DNA of 64,000 nucleotides from Callorhinchus milii (taxonomy: Eukaryota). The notes below the pieces were generated by a model. The model was not told the DNA's origin, ran no database searches, and worked only from the letters and a program-made list of their open reading frames with translations. Position numbers and translations under genes: made by a program. Below, in pieces: positions 25,205 through 38,297 of the stretch (within the stretch, counting starts at the first letter, position 1; each line of letters opens with the position of its first letter). The stretch spans positions 101,062,001-101,126,000 of the forward strand of contig NW_024704742.1 of NCBI RefSeq assembly GCF_018977255.1, given 5' to 3'.

Positions 25205-25940
25205 AGAAAGCTGGTGGCAATGCTATCACCCATTTCATGCTGAGATGCGTTGACCACCAGGAAGCTTGCAGGGAGTTCCTTATACCTTCCTGGTCAAGGC
25301 TCAAATGCTTGTCGGATGTCAAACGACCAACTAATGATTATCCTCCTTGGGGGGAGGTAAGCAGTGTCTCCATTGAGCTGAACTGGCTCTAAGGTGACAT
25401 GCCTCACAAAGAAATGTTGGAATCGAGCCAGCCCTCTGTGGTGGTCACGGTAGTCCAGTTCCTAAGCCAGGCGAGTCCACTATTCCAAGGCACTGCTGGC
25501 TCATCGACACAAACTGGAAGGGCAGACCAGTCACTGGGGACAGAGAGTCATCCCACTCAGCTCCTGTTAACCCTGCAAGTCAAGGCCCTAATAGGTGAGG
25601 TGATCCTAGTTCGACAAGCAGTGGGAAAGCTTGCCGGACAGCAATATCAGTGGCAAGCTATGTGGTTTTAGCTGGTTAGACTCCAGGAGTACCCAAATGC
25701 ACAATATGGAGTCCCCAAGCCTTGGCTGTTGCCAACCTGCACCTAATACTCTTCGGAATTAGATAAGCAGGATGCGTTCCCCTCCAAGGAGAGTGTGTGC
25801 ATACCATTCCAACAATCTGTCTCTGGGATTTTGACGTGTAGGTGGGATGTGTGGAAATCTCTGCTTGTTTTGGATACTCTTAAGGATGGTGATGGGTTTC
25901 CACATATGTCAAACATCCAGCTGACCCCTACCAAAAAAAG
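25205..25940 (+). repeat. Unclassified ~0.75-0.9 kb dispersed repeat ending in an A-rich tail (longest copy)
   Basis: Matches 10220-10422, 41130-41650, 42452-42637(-), 51105-51426 and 54041-54420(-). Confidence 0.75.
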
Positions 25941-26869
25941 AAAATTTGAATAGCAACTTTAATATCCAACTGAGCAGGCAGACAATGCCTTAGTTTTACG
26001 TTTCATCTGAAGGACGGAGGAGTCAAATTGATACTACATGCCTGGGTTTATTAATGTACTACTAAGCAGATTTTGCTTGTAAAATAAATAATTTGACAGC
26101 AGTGAGTCAGCAGTTTACATTCAATTCAACCTGAGCCACATCCAATTTTCTTCTATTTATCAGGAGCAGGTTTAAATTTGAGCATCCAAATATGTAGCAT
26201 TTTCCTGCAGCTATGGTTCTTCCTGTTAAAGATATGTTTTGGCTGTTGACTATGAAATATAACCTGTTCTTTGCTATCTTCTACTTAATTGATGCAATGG
26301 CAGAGAAGTGTCCAATTGGTCAATCAGAAATCTGGAATGAATTCCCTGCAGCTTTTTGCAAATTTGAGGTTTACAGATTTGATAAACGGAATCTTCATTT
26401 TCCAACTTCATAATTATAGAAACCAATATATAAAAAAGTTATCTGTATACTAGTATTGACAGCGTGAATGATTATCATACATAGAGATCTATTTTACAAT
26501 ATTTTTCAATAGATTTCTAGAACAGAAATATGCAGTCATTGAATTTGCAATAAACAAATATAATGAAAACTGCATTCTTCAGCATATTCTTTGTTTAAAA
26601 ATGCAGTAATTACACATTTCTTATTTGAAAAAAATCCATTAATACTTGAAATTAGGCCCATTAAACACATTGTCATGTATTAGAGAGATAAACAGCGCAC
26701 GTTCTGTCCCTAGGGTCACTTCCATCTAGCAAACCAAGCTTGGATAATCTACAGGGAAGGATAAGATTTATGCAGCCTCCAAAAAGGAGAAACAAATGAA
26801 TTATCACATCCACTTTCTTTATAGTTTACAGAGGGATACAGATTCAGATCTTCTAAATGGGTTCCTTAC

Positions 26870-27140
26870 AGAAATGTTCTTTGGAGAGCAGAGCAATAGG
26901 ATGCAGGTTTATCGTTACAAATAGCAATTTCAGGACAGATACGAGGAAGCAATTCTTTATCCAGATTAATTAACAACTGGAATCGGTTATCAGGAAGCGT
27001 GGTTGAGACTAAAACCTGGACTCCTAAAAAAAACAACTTGATGCTATGACGGGAGGGTGGTAAGGTTGGTCTTCTGGAAAAATGAGATTGAATGGGCTGA
27101 AGGATCTTCTTCATCCGAACCTATTTTGTTATCTTGTGAT
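26870..27140 (+). mobile_element. CR1 3' end
   Basis: gaatgggctgaaggatcttct tail; FRTDTRKQFFIQ..NNWNRL in translation. Confidence 0.75.
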
Positions 27141-27229
27141 ATCTTCTTATTAATAGGAAAATGAACTATATCAAGCCCCAACGTGCCTTATCTTCCAGGG
27201 TATCTTTTAGGAGCTTTACAAATACTAAC

Positions 27230-27825
27230 ATTGTAACTGAAATCTGGAATATAGCAAATGTTATCCTTTTGTTCAAAAAGAATGAGACATGAAATCCAAG
27301 CATCAAGCACAATCCTCATCTAAAGAGCACATAAGCTACAAGGAGCAATCAGCATTGGGTTCAGAAGCAATATGACATGCCTCACAAGTCAATTGGAATT
27401 GTTTGAGGATGTACCTAAACTAAACTAAGCGCTCTAAGACACGGCCCTACTTGAGAAGTGTTATATAAATGCAAGTTATTGTTGCAGTGGACGAGGGGCT
27501 GCCCAAGGATATAACTTACGTGGAGTTTCAGAAAGCATTTGATAAAATTCAACATAGGTTTGTAGAAGATATAGTTCAGAAACGAGCCATCAGCCCATCC
27601 AGTCCTGTTGTTGTTTACACTCCACACAAGTGAGATGTTAGACATTTAAAAAAAGTTAAAGCTTGTTAAATTAATGGCAAATTATCCAGCTAAAATGAAA
27701 ATGATTTAGCAATGGGAAGCAGAAGGTGAAAATAAATGAAAAGGCTCAGTGTGGGTTCTATGACAAGCAAAGTTCTAGGTATCTGTTCTAAGTCTCCTGC
27801 TGTTTCCATATTTCATAAATGACTC
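27230..27825 (+). mobile_element. CR1 RT fragments, decayed
   Basis: WNIANVILLFKK and (E)FQKAFDK motifs; a small L2 tail is inserted at ~27430-27485. Confidence 0.65.
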
Positions 27826-28379
27826 AGAGCAGATCACCTCTTTGTAATATAAAGCAGACAAAAAATAAGGAGGTTAAATAGCAGTCTGGAAGAACCAGAC
27901 CAATTATAGAGATGGGCTAAAGAGATGAATGTCATGGTATATATGAGGTAAAGCATGTTGGAATAAGAACCAGAACATATGTATATAGAATAAAGGGGTT
28001 TACACCACTTGCAGAGGGGGGAAACTGTCTCATTATTGATCATTCACTGAAAGTTTTCAGGAGACTTGAATCTACTCTCAACTAAGTTAATGGAATACTA
28101 GGTTGACCTTGAGGGCATTTGATTGTAAAATGCAATATTATCCCAATATTGTGCATATCACTAGGGAATGTCCAAGGAAAAAGGCAGCAAGGGCAAAGGA
28201 GGTCTAAGTTCTGATTGAAACACAGCATGAATTTGTTCTCATTAGGAAAAAAAAGAGCAGATGATCCAGAGATGTTCAGGCAGGACACAAAAAGAATTAT
28301 AACTTCTTTGGGTGTTTCTCCAGTGGCTCAAAGTGAAACTGAGCTACACATGCCAAGAAGGTCCCATATTGATACTGAG

Positions 28380-28914
28380 TCCTCCCTCCATAGACTGCAG
28401 ATCATCTAGAACTCTGCAGCCCACGTCCTCTCCTGCACTCGGCTCCACGACCCTATCACCCCCATCCTCGCCCAACTCCACTGGCTTCCCATCACACAGA
28501 GGATACAGTTCAAGATCCTGGTCCTCACCTTCAAAGCCCTCCATGGTCTTGCTCGCCCCTACCTCTGCGACCTCTTAATCCCCTACCATCCTGCTCGCTC
28601 GCTCAGCGAGCTCTGGCCTGCTTCACGTCCCCTGCCTCGCTCGCCCCACTATTGGCGGGTGGGCCTTCTGCCACTCTGCCCCCACCCTCTGGAACTCCAT
28701 CCCGCAGTCTCTCCATCTCGACCCTCCCTTGCCTCCTTCAAGACCATTGCAAGACCCGCCACTTTGACTGTGCTTTCGATCTCCCTGCTTCCCCTGCCCC
28801 TCCCTCCACCCTCCCTGATCCTAGCTTGGGTACGAAACTCTGTCTGTCCAGCACCTTGGGACATCCTCCCTATGAGAAAAGCCCTTTACAAATGTAATTT
28901 TGTTGTTATTGTTG
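28380..28914 (+). mobile_element. L2 3' fragment
   Basis: ITPILAQLHWLP...FKILVLTFKALHGL; tail. Confidence 0.9.
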
Positions 28915-30758
28915 TAAGTCTTCTCAAACAGACCACTGTTACAATTGACTTTAGCAAACAAGCATCATCACCCCGAAAAAAACACTATTTGCTTTGGGAA
29001 ATGTGCCGCTGAGCCCTAAGCATTAAAGGGACAATAGCACAACACCATAAATCAACCTCTACACTCATTTAACACAAGGGTGCAAATCAGACTTATTGCA
29101 ACTGTTGGGAGACTGGATTTTTTGATCACTGCAAGCAAGAAAGCAATTAAACAAGGAAACATTCAACATAATTCTCTAAAAGATACACATATTTGCATGA
29201 TTACAACTCTGTAAGGAACAGCAGATCTGTATGGAGATTGTTCACCTCCAGAGACAGTAATTTAATCCCTGTCTCCACAAAGCTGTGAATTCCCAGTGAA
29301 ATTAATAAAACTTCTTGAAGTGCTGGGTGATAGGTGTGTGATAAAAGCTGTTTTGAGATTACAACAAAATGAGAATTCTGCTGTGCCCTAAATCTTTCTT
29401 CAAGTGAATATGATTCCTTCGCACAAACTGCTCTTCATTTTAATGTTGGCTCTGGAGAAGCTTATCCAGAACCTGTGAAGAATAAACATTTCAACTGGGG
29501 TGACAGAAGACATGTTTGTGAGTTTGCAGTGTTGATTAATAGAGGATAAAGAAATATTTTCTCATGTTGCCACTGATTCGCACTAAATTGTGCTGTACCT
29601 ATGAGTGATCTGTTCTGTCACCAGCTGCAACATTCATTGCAATAAACATGGCAACATTTTTTAAAAAATTGGCAGAAAAATGATTTAGCCAACTGAGCAG
29701 TTACTGCGCTTGAAATTCCAATGGCCTAATAGTAAAGCGGTCCGGATGGTCTTTGCAGATTATTTTTGTGCCAAAACAGAAATGTGTGATATTCCTCATT
29801 TTGAATGTTGGTCTCTGGCAGCACAAAATCAAACAACTGGAAATAGTCAAACACAAGCCGTTTTCAGAACAAGGCTCTGACTCCATCTTAACATGCACAA
29901 CAAGGTGCTAATAACATTTGGGACATGCCTCCTGTATATAAAATGTTGTTTCAAACAGAAATGGAATGAGTGATAAGGCTAGCATGTCACCTGCCACACT
30001 TTATCTGCTCATCCTAATTGCATAAGATCTCCTTACAACAATCAACAGAGGAAAGGCTCCAGCAGATCAGAAATAAATACTATCAGAGAGCATAAATAGC
30101 CTGTTCCTATCTACACTGATAGAGCAAGGACTGAAGCCACCACAATACATCAGTAATACCCCAATATCAGTTAGTCTGCAGTAAGGTATACACTGCTTCC
30201 CAATCCAGCCCCAGATTGGACCCATATTCAAGTTATCTGTTTTGGGTAAACAAAAAGTTTAGATCCTTCCTGAAAGGAACAGGAAACCGTAAAAGATGTG
30301 AATCCCTGTACCATCCTCAGCAAATCCAATGTTAGTAGTAGTGGAAATGGAATCACAAAGACATAATGGGAAATATTTCCCCAGCATTTGAAGAACACAC
30401 CTTGGGTCTCCTTTGTCCAAAGAAGGTGACTGTTTTCTATGTCACCAATGTCCCATGAACAACAATGAGATGAACAAGCAAATTTAATTAATTGCTTGTA
30501 TTGGCAAATGAGTGAGCAGACAGTGAATTGTACTTCAAAAGCTACGTATCACCTCAGCAGGGAATTGGAAGGTGCTAGTCAGCAAGCAGGCTCCCCCATA
30601 ATGCTCCATATAATTTGAAATGGTATAAAAAGGCATATAAGAGAAAGAGCAGGAGATTGCAAGTAAACAAATATCTCCTTCAGAACCCAAGCACAGGCTC
30701 AACGGGTGGAATAACCTAATTCTGTACTTTACATCCAAGGCTGCACTCTCCACCTCTC

Positions 30759-31536
30759 AAAGCCAATCAGGAACCACGGTGTTCGGTTCGACCCTGAGCT
30801 GTCCTTTCTTCCCAACATCCGCGCCACAGCTGGCACTGCCTTCCACCACCTCTGGAACATCGCCAGACTACGGCACTACCTCACCCCTCACGCTGCTGAA
30901 ACACTGGTTCACGCCTTTATCACCTCAAGGCTGGACTACGGGAACTCTCTCCTCGCCGGCCTTCCCGGGACCTCCCTCCACAAGCTGCAGGTCATTCAGA
31001 ACTCTGCAGCTCGTGTACTGTCCTGCACCAGTCTTCGCGACCACATCACTCCCACCCTCGCTCGCCTCCACTGGCTCCCCATCCCCCAGAGGATCGAATT
31101 CAAGATCCTCATCCTCACCTAAAAGGCCATTCACGTCCTTGCTCCCTCCTACCTCTCCGACCTATTATCCCCCCACATACCTGCCCATACCCTCCGTTCT
31201 TCTGGCTCCGGTCTGCTCCATATCCCCCATCCTAACTGTCCTACCATCGGTGGCCGGGCCTTCAGCCTCTCAGCCCCCAGGCTCTGGAACTCCATCCCCC
31301 AGTGCCTTCGCCGCCTCCTCCCTTTCCTCCTTCAAGGCCGGTCTCAAGACCTTTCTCTTCAACCGTGCCTTCAGCTCCCCTCTCGACTCTCTACCCCCTC
31401 CTCACTCCTCCCTTCCCTCCCCTCCCCTCCCCTGACCATTTCCTCCCTGCTCAGGTCCCGACCCAACTGTGCAGCACCTTGGGACATTCTCCCGACGTGA
31501 AAGGCGCTCTATAAATGTAATATTGTTGTTGTTGTT
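30759..31536 (+). mobile_element. L2 3' fragment, young subfamily
   Basis: FDPELSFLPNI...[24 protein letters not shown]; highly similar to 38298-39064. Confidence 0.93.
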
Positions 31537-32389
31537 TAAATTTCTATGGATATTATAACAATAATAATATTCTTTACATTTGATATTGAGTCTTTCATAT
31601 CGGTAGGACATTTGAAAGCACTTCACAGAATAAACTGTGAACTTTGTAAGTGAAACGTGACATAAGAAGCCATGAAGTGAATGATCAATTCTATAAAAGC
31701 ACAACAATACTTTTGTGATGAAAATTCAAAGAGTTACAGTGGAATCTGAAGCACTTCAATTAATTGTGGAATGCTCTCATTAATATTGCTATTATTTCAG
31801 CATTTTGCTATTCATCTAATTCTGGATTAATGCTGTGACATTCCACTCCTGTGTTTCTGAATCAGTCTGGTTGAGCCTTCATTATTAATGTCTGCCTACA
31901 AGTCCAAAAAATAATGGATCCAACCAGGCGAGAAGGCTGAATCTGCTGTTTCTAAATTAGTTGATTTGCCAAACATATTGAGAATGAGATGAATAAGGAA
32001 AATTGTGTGAATTTGACTGCAAGGAGAGTAATGTGGATGTAAGTAGAGATAGAGCTTTACAGGATGAAAGGCTTGCGTTAATAATTAATTGAATCAATGT
32101 TATTTTGAGAAGACAATCCGATACTAATTTCTGTAATTGGAAGAGATTTGGGCATTGAAGAGGGAGTATTTCTTTGAAGGAATTTGAAGGCTTGCTGATT
32201 ACAGATATAACTATTAAACCTCTTCAGTACAATTCAACACAATAATTCTGATGATTGTCTGCCAATACCGTGCAAATTATGTAGGTTTATTTTACTTACT
32301 TTTTTTTATTGTGTGAAGTCTTTTTGACTTCTTGCCTGAAGGCTGGGTGGGTGGAAGGAGGGCCGATTTGGTCAAGCAGAAAAAGGTTC

Positions 32390-32900
32390 ATCAAACATGT
32401 TATTGAAGTATTCGAGATCTTAAAGTGTATAAATAAACTGAACCACAATAACAATTTGAACATTGGCAAAAGTCTAGAACAAGGGAATATGGGCTCAAAC
32501 TCAGAAGAAGGAGGGTGATCAGATTTAACTACTTACACAGATAGTTTTAAGTATGAGGAATGATCTATCTAGGGAAGTGGGGATTGGGGATTGTGTCAGC
32601 AAATTCAAGCGAGAAATAGATAGAAATTTGGCAAAGAGTTCAATTGAGGGGAATTAGAAATAGTATGTTTCTTTTGTGTTTTGTATTTGTTTTGGGACAA
32701 ATGGACTGCAATGGTTTATTTTGGTCCTTTTCATCTGATGAATCTATCCTTAGATGGAGAAAGTAAACCGAGAACAGAAAATAAAGCCAGAACAATACTT
32801 TCAAATACACCGAAACAACAGAACAAGAGAGAAGTTTAGGGTTCCAGAGGGTAATTTCAGGACAGGCACCAGAAAGTTTTATCTTTACATAAAGGATAGT
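32390..32900 (+). mobile_element. CR1 3' fragments, degenerate
   Basis: IEVFEILK and NNRTR...GNFRTGTRKFY remnants. Confidence 0.55.
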
Positions 32901-32950
32901 TACAACAGCAATTCAACAACTTACATTTATACAACCCACTTCACATAATG

Positions 32951-33203
32951 CAGAGGTCTCCAACCAGTCGATCGCCACCAGGTGGCATCTTGTGAATGCT
33001 CAACAGAAACAAGAGGAAGAAATGATATTTACCCCAGTTTAAACATTATATTTTATATTTTTATTTGGAGATGCATGAAAAACTTTCGGCACCTGACTTT
33101 GTTTTGGAGTCAATAACTACTCAATTCTATCAATCCTTCCTCTTTGTCTTTTTGACCATATGTGAGAGTGCCACCTAACTATTTGTTAACTTGAAGACCA
33201 CTA
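32951..33203. mobile_element. hAT MITE, second family
   Basis: Ends CAGAGGTCTCCAA / TTGAAGACCACTA; 8-bp flanks acataatg / acataagg. Confidence 0.7.
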
Positions 33204-33754
33204 ACATAAGGTAACATCTCATAACTTTTAACTACTGTAGTGGATTACCAGAAAGGTGATGGAGCTAGAATGCTGGTTTCATTTTTAAAAAAATACAGTT
33301 TGATGTTGTGATGGGAAGATGGGAAGGTGCCTGGCTATTCTAGAAGAATTAGATCAATTGGACCAAGGAGCTTTCTTCAACTATCAATGGTTTCAACCAA
33401 TGGCTTATAAGTTTACATCATGTTACACAGATATTGTGGCCTTTGAACCAAGCTGTCATCTCTTGCTAGTCTGACAGCATCTGACAACTCTGACACAACA
33501 GCTATCTGATTTCAGCTTTGTTGCTGTTAGGCCTATTGGAGGTTGTGGGATGTTCCCCACAAGGAATAAAAAGTTATTTTGACAATGTGCTGCCCAAGTC
33601 TTTGAATCTACTTTCACCTAACTAATCAATACTATTTGTGTTGCACATTTCTTCTGATCAGCAACTTCAATTTCCACCTGGATGGTTAGTTACAAAGCAA
33701 ACAGCGGTCAACCATGTCTGTGCAGCACTCACTCATACTGTCAGTAAATGCATC

Positions 33755-33990
33755 AGCTTGGTTCAGTTAGTAGACAGTTGATTTTGTCTTTCGGTCAGAA
33801 GTCTGTGGGTTCAAGCTTCAGCTTTTGGACACAGACTAGGCTGACATTCCAGTGCAATACCGGAGAGAATTGGATTGTCAGATACCAACATTCAGATGAG
33901 AATTTAAACAAAGGTTCTGTCTGACTGGTCAGGTGGATGATAAAGATACCATGTTACTATTCAAAAAGAGAAGTTGTTTTAGCCAACAAT
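33755..33990 (+). mobile_element. Old Deu-SINE fragment
   Basis: gtcagaag..tgtgggttcaag...gctgacattccagtgcaatac. Confidence 0.6.
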
Positions 33991-34567
33991 CCTCCTGATA
34001 TCTGCCTGCCTTCCTACCAGCCTATATGCCAGCTCACTGTCAACCCAGCTATCCATTAATCTAACTCCACATTTGATTCTAAAAATATCGCCATTTGGGG
34101 TAATACATCCAGAGTCTCACAAGATGAAATGTTCCCTGGATTCACTTTTAATTGGTTCAGCTCTAATTCTAAGATTAATTACCTTACCATTTTCCTTTAT
34201 TTACCAAAACTATGAGGTCAGTACACTCTTCCTAAATTAGCATGCTTAAAACTTACAATAAAGCTTCAATAAGATCTGACCATCTTTCTCTGTGCACTTT
34301 AACTGTAGTAGGATGTTTCTTGCTTTTACATTCCAGAGCTTTGTGATAAAGTCCAGCATTCTACTATTTTATTTTGATTGCTTTTTGGACTAAGGAAAAT
34401 AATGGAATCACTCTGTAAAAGATTGTGTCCCCTTATTTTGGGTCTCCTATTGTCTCCAATCTAGCTTGTAAATTCCCACATTAGTTTGAACATCTCAATC
34501 AGATCAGCTCTTAATCTACTCATCTCTTGTGAATATAATCCAACTTTACCCAATTTCTCTTCATACA

Positions 34568-34880
34568 TGGAATCCTCTAGCTCAGTGGTTAGAGCACTCG
34601 CCTGGCAAGCAAGAGACCTAGGTTCAATTCCAGGCAGGGCGAAACCTTGGGCAAGTTTCCTTACTCCACACACCTAATAATAATCCCTCTAAAACAAAAC
34701 AATAATAAATTGGTCATTTTCAATTCACAATTGTTTGGGGGACACTTCTGTGTGCAATTGGCTGCCGCGTTTCGCCCACAAATATACGGTCAATTCACTT
34801 TACAATATATTGTGTGAAGCATTTTGAGACATCTAGAAGACGTGAAAAGTGCTATATCAAATGCAAGGATTATTATTATT
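34568..34880 (+). mobile_element. SINE subfamily A with the older tail type, inserted in a minus-strand CR1 (~34400-35060)
   Basis: Full head and tail; flank reads RLRADLIEMFKLM (CR1) on the minus strand. Confidence 0.9.
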
Positions 34881-35932
34881 ACCCATTTCACTTTATTCCA
34901 AATTTTTTGGTGAATTGTTGCTAGCTGCCCTCCAGGTATAGTATATTCTTTCTCAAGTCGAGGACCCGAAACTGAACACAGTATTCCAACACTTAATACA
35001 ACAATAGCAGCGAACACTTCACATAAAATATGTATTGTTCCAGGCTTGATGTAGACATGGATGTCCTGCTATTAGCACGTTTGATTTAATTCCATTGATA
35101 TACTAGTAAATCATTGTGTTTATCTAATTCAATCTGACCTTATGTAAAGAGGGTTAGATTTTAGTGATTAGCAACAGAAAATCATGACAAAATGATTGTT
35201 ATTTCAATATTGCCGATTCAAAGAATGAGCAAAATCAATAATCCCCATTTCAGCTTTTGTTAAAGACCAAATTTACATTGTATAATTTACAAACTTGCCA
35301 CCATGAACTATTCAATGAAACAACCTTATTTTATAATGCATTTGGACCCAGTGCATGCAACTAATGGATCTCAGGTTGAAAGCTCATGTGGGATTGCACA
35401 CAAACTTTACAAAAGTGGCACTGTCGCAACGGTAACATGCCATACTTGCGTGAATTTTCTAGTCGTTATCAGATGACCTCCAGTTATATGATTAAACACC
35501 AGAGTGTAGAGCTAAATGCTGACATGATGACATTTTTTCGTGAATAATCATAAAAATCAGTGTAACTCTTTCGTCAAACAAAAATACTTTGTTTATTGTA
35601 TATTAAGTGTTCCTGTGTGAACAAACATGCAATCTGTCACCCTTGAATAGCCTTTTCCAATTTACCATTGCATTTACTCACTCTATGGTTGTACACATTA
35701 ACAGTACTTCATAAATGGCCTGATCACTTGCGAATCAAATATTTGCGGGTGCTGATTTGGGGATGAGAATTACACTGTTTGATACCTCACTTGGTATGCA
35801 GTCCTTCTGATAAAGCGCCAAATAGTGGAACCATCATATGAGTGGGGCTGCAGTGAGCAATATAGTGACTATGGTCTTGTATTTTATCCTGAGTAGCTCA
35901 GTGAATACAAGGTACTAGCCTGATTTTAGTAT

Positions 35933-36346
35933 GTGTCAGCCAGGCTCAAATGGTTCCATTCTTGCCTCTAAGTCAGAAGATTGTAATTACAAACCCCACG
36001 TTCAGGACTTTGAGCTCATAGTTCAGAATGACATTCCATTACAGACTTGGGAGGGTGCTGGATGGTAAGGTGCCATTCTTCCAGTGGGATGTTAAACGAA
36101 GGTCTTATCTACCTATTCAAGTGGTGATTAATGATCCCATGGCACGATTCGAAAAGAAAAGGGAGGTTCTCCCAGTATTTTGGCCAAAATTGCCCCAGAT
36201 AAAATTGGCCACCCACTTTATAGCTGTATGTGGGACATTGCTGTGTGCAAATTGGCTGCTGCAATTTTCCGAGAAACATAGTCACAGTAAAGTCTGTGAA
36301 GTACTTTGAGATGTTTCAACAATCTGATAAGGTACAGTATTATTAT
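35933..36346 (+). mobile_element. Old Deu-SINE, near full length
   Basis: Head gtgtcagccaggctcaaatgg, Deu core and tail. Confidence 0.8.
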
Positions 36347-37058
36347 TTTTTATTTATTTGGAAAGTCTTGAGGCACAAATTTCCTAATTTCCAAATACTT
36401 ATTATCCACAAAGGGCTCAATCAGATGTCTAATAAAGTATTAATGAATGGCCTCCTAGAGTTCACCAAAGCCTTAAAGAGATTCTGTTACAGGCAGAATC
36501 TCTTTAAGGCTGAATCCCCAAGTGACATGGCTGGCAGTGGAATATCAGAATTGAGTCAATCCTTTGTGATAGTCTTCATATTCCAGATGCTGAGCAAGGC
36601 AGGTTGGCAGCACTCCAAGTACTATTGATGATTAGCCAGCCAGCCTGGCTTATTGGAAGGACATAGCAGACCAGTCAGAAAGAATCTAGCCACTTGGCTT
36701 CAGGTGTCAGTTTCTATCACTCTTGCTTCTGAGTCAGAATTCTGTGGGTTAAATGCCCCACATTGTGAGTTTGAATTCACAGACAATGGCATTACGTAGT
36801 CCTCCACATCAGCCAGCTTTAGTGACAAGTACCTTACATCAAATGGCTGGTTTTCTCACCTTGTAATAGCAATCTAATGTCTAAATGTGATTCTTACCTA
36901 ATGCTACACCATTGCAGGGAATTAGGATGGATACTTTCTTGAACAACCAGGAAGTTCAAGGCAGATTCCAGGGCATTTGTCTTTACCCAGAGGTTAATTA
37001 ACGACTGGAACAGATTGCAGGAAGGGTGATTGAGGCCAGGACAACTGGACTGTAATGT

Positions 37059-37296
37059 ACAACAACAACAAGATTTCATTTATAGAGCGACTTTCACGTT
37101 GGGAGGACGTCCCAAGGCGCTGGAGAGTTGGGTCGGGACCTGAGCAGGGGGGAAATGGTCAGGGTGAGGGGAGGGAAGGAAGGGAGGGAGGAGGGGGTAG
37201 AGAGTCGAGAGGGGAGCCGAAGGCACGGTTGAAGAAGAAGGTCTTGAGACCAGCCTTGAAGGAGGAAAGAGAGGAAGCAAGGCAAAGGCACTGGGT
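37059..37296 (-). mobile_element. L2 3' end
   Basis: Tail and UTR match 21540-22080. Confidence 0.9.
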
Positions 37297-38297
37297 GTAA
37301 CGTGTGGACTGCAACATAAAGAATAATCAAAACAGGTACCTATCTTCTTGAATACCTATACTTCTACAATACCCATGATGTTTTCCGTTCAGAGTATTTA
37401 TTACTCAATCAATTCTGTACACACATACATTTGAACTGCACAGTCTTTGCAAGATTGGCATGATTCATATTTGCATGCAATTCATGCAATCACCATTAAG
37501 GTACGAGTTCTCCACTAACTGGCAACTACAAACCATCCCTTGAGTTCCTGCTGTTCAAAGAATGGACCAGGTTTTCGTCTGTTCTTGAGGGGATTTTAAG
37601 GCCAGGGAAGGAGCACCACCTGTTCTCTTTCAGCCTCTTTTACTTTGTGCCAATTTTGCCTTAGTGAGGAGCAACACAGGCTTTATCACATCTCTCCATT
37701 CATTTCATTTGCAGTCACATTGGATCCTTGCATAGTAATAAAGTGGCATTGTAGAAAATACAATACTGTGTGAAAACACATTACCCCCATAAGCCTCTTG
37801 GCTGACACCAAGCAAGACAGTATTTTCAGTTCAACAAAATACATGTTTATATTCAATTCTTCATTAGATTAAAAAGTAATAAATACGTTGGGACAATGTA
37901 TGGGGCAATTATTGAAGAAACCATCATATTTGATCAAGGTTTTGGCATTAACATACTTTTACTCCCATTCCGAAGTCTAAGCTCCTACATATACAATTGC
38001 CACCTGTTCCAATGGTTACTTTGACACCCTGCTTCAAATAATAGCACTGGATCTCCTTCAAAGAACACCAGGCTATGTGCAAGGCAATCCCAATGGCTGT
38101 TTCTGTTTATTTTTCCTTGTCTGTAAGCAGAAAACGCAGCCAGCCCCAACCCAGAGCAAGTCCTCCTTGTTTATTATCATAGTGTCCACCAAAGCTTGCT
38201 GGGCCACTGAAAATTCACACAGTTTCCTCACCTACATTGCTAACTCCAAGGTTTGTGTCATTTGATAATTATAGCCATCAATAGTTAATTACCACAT

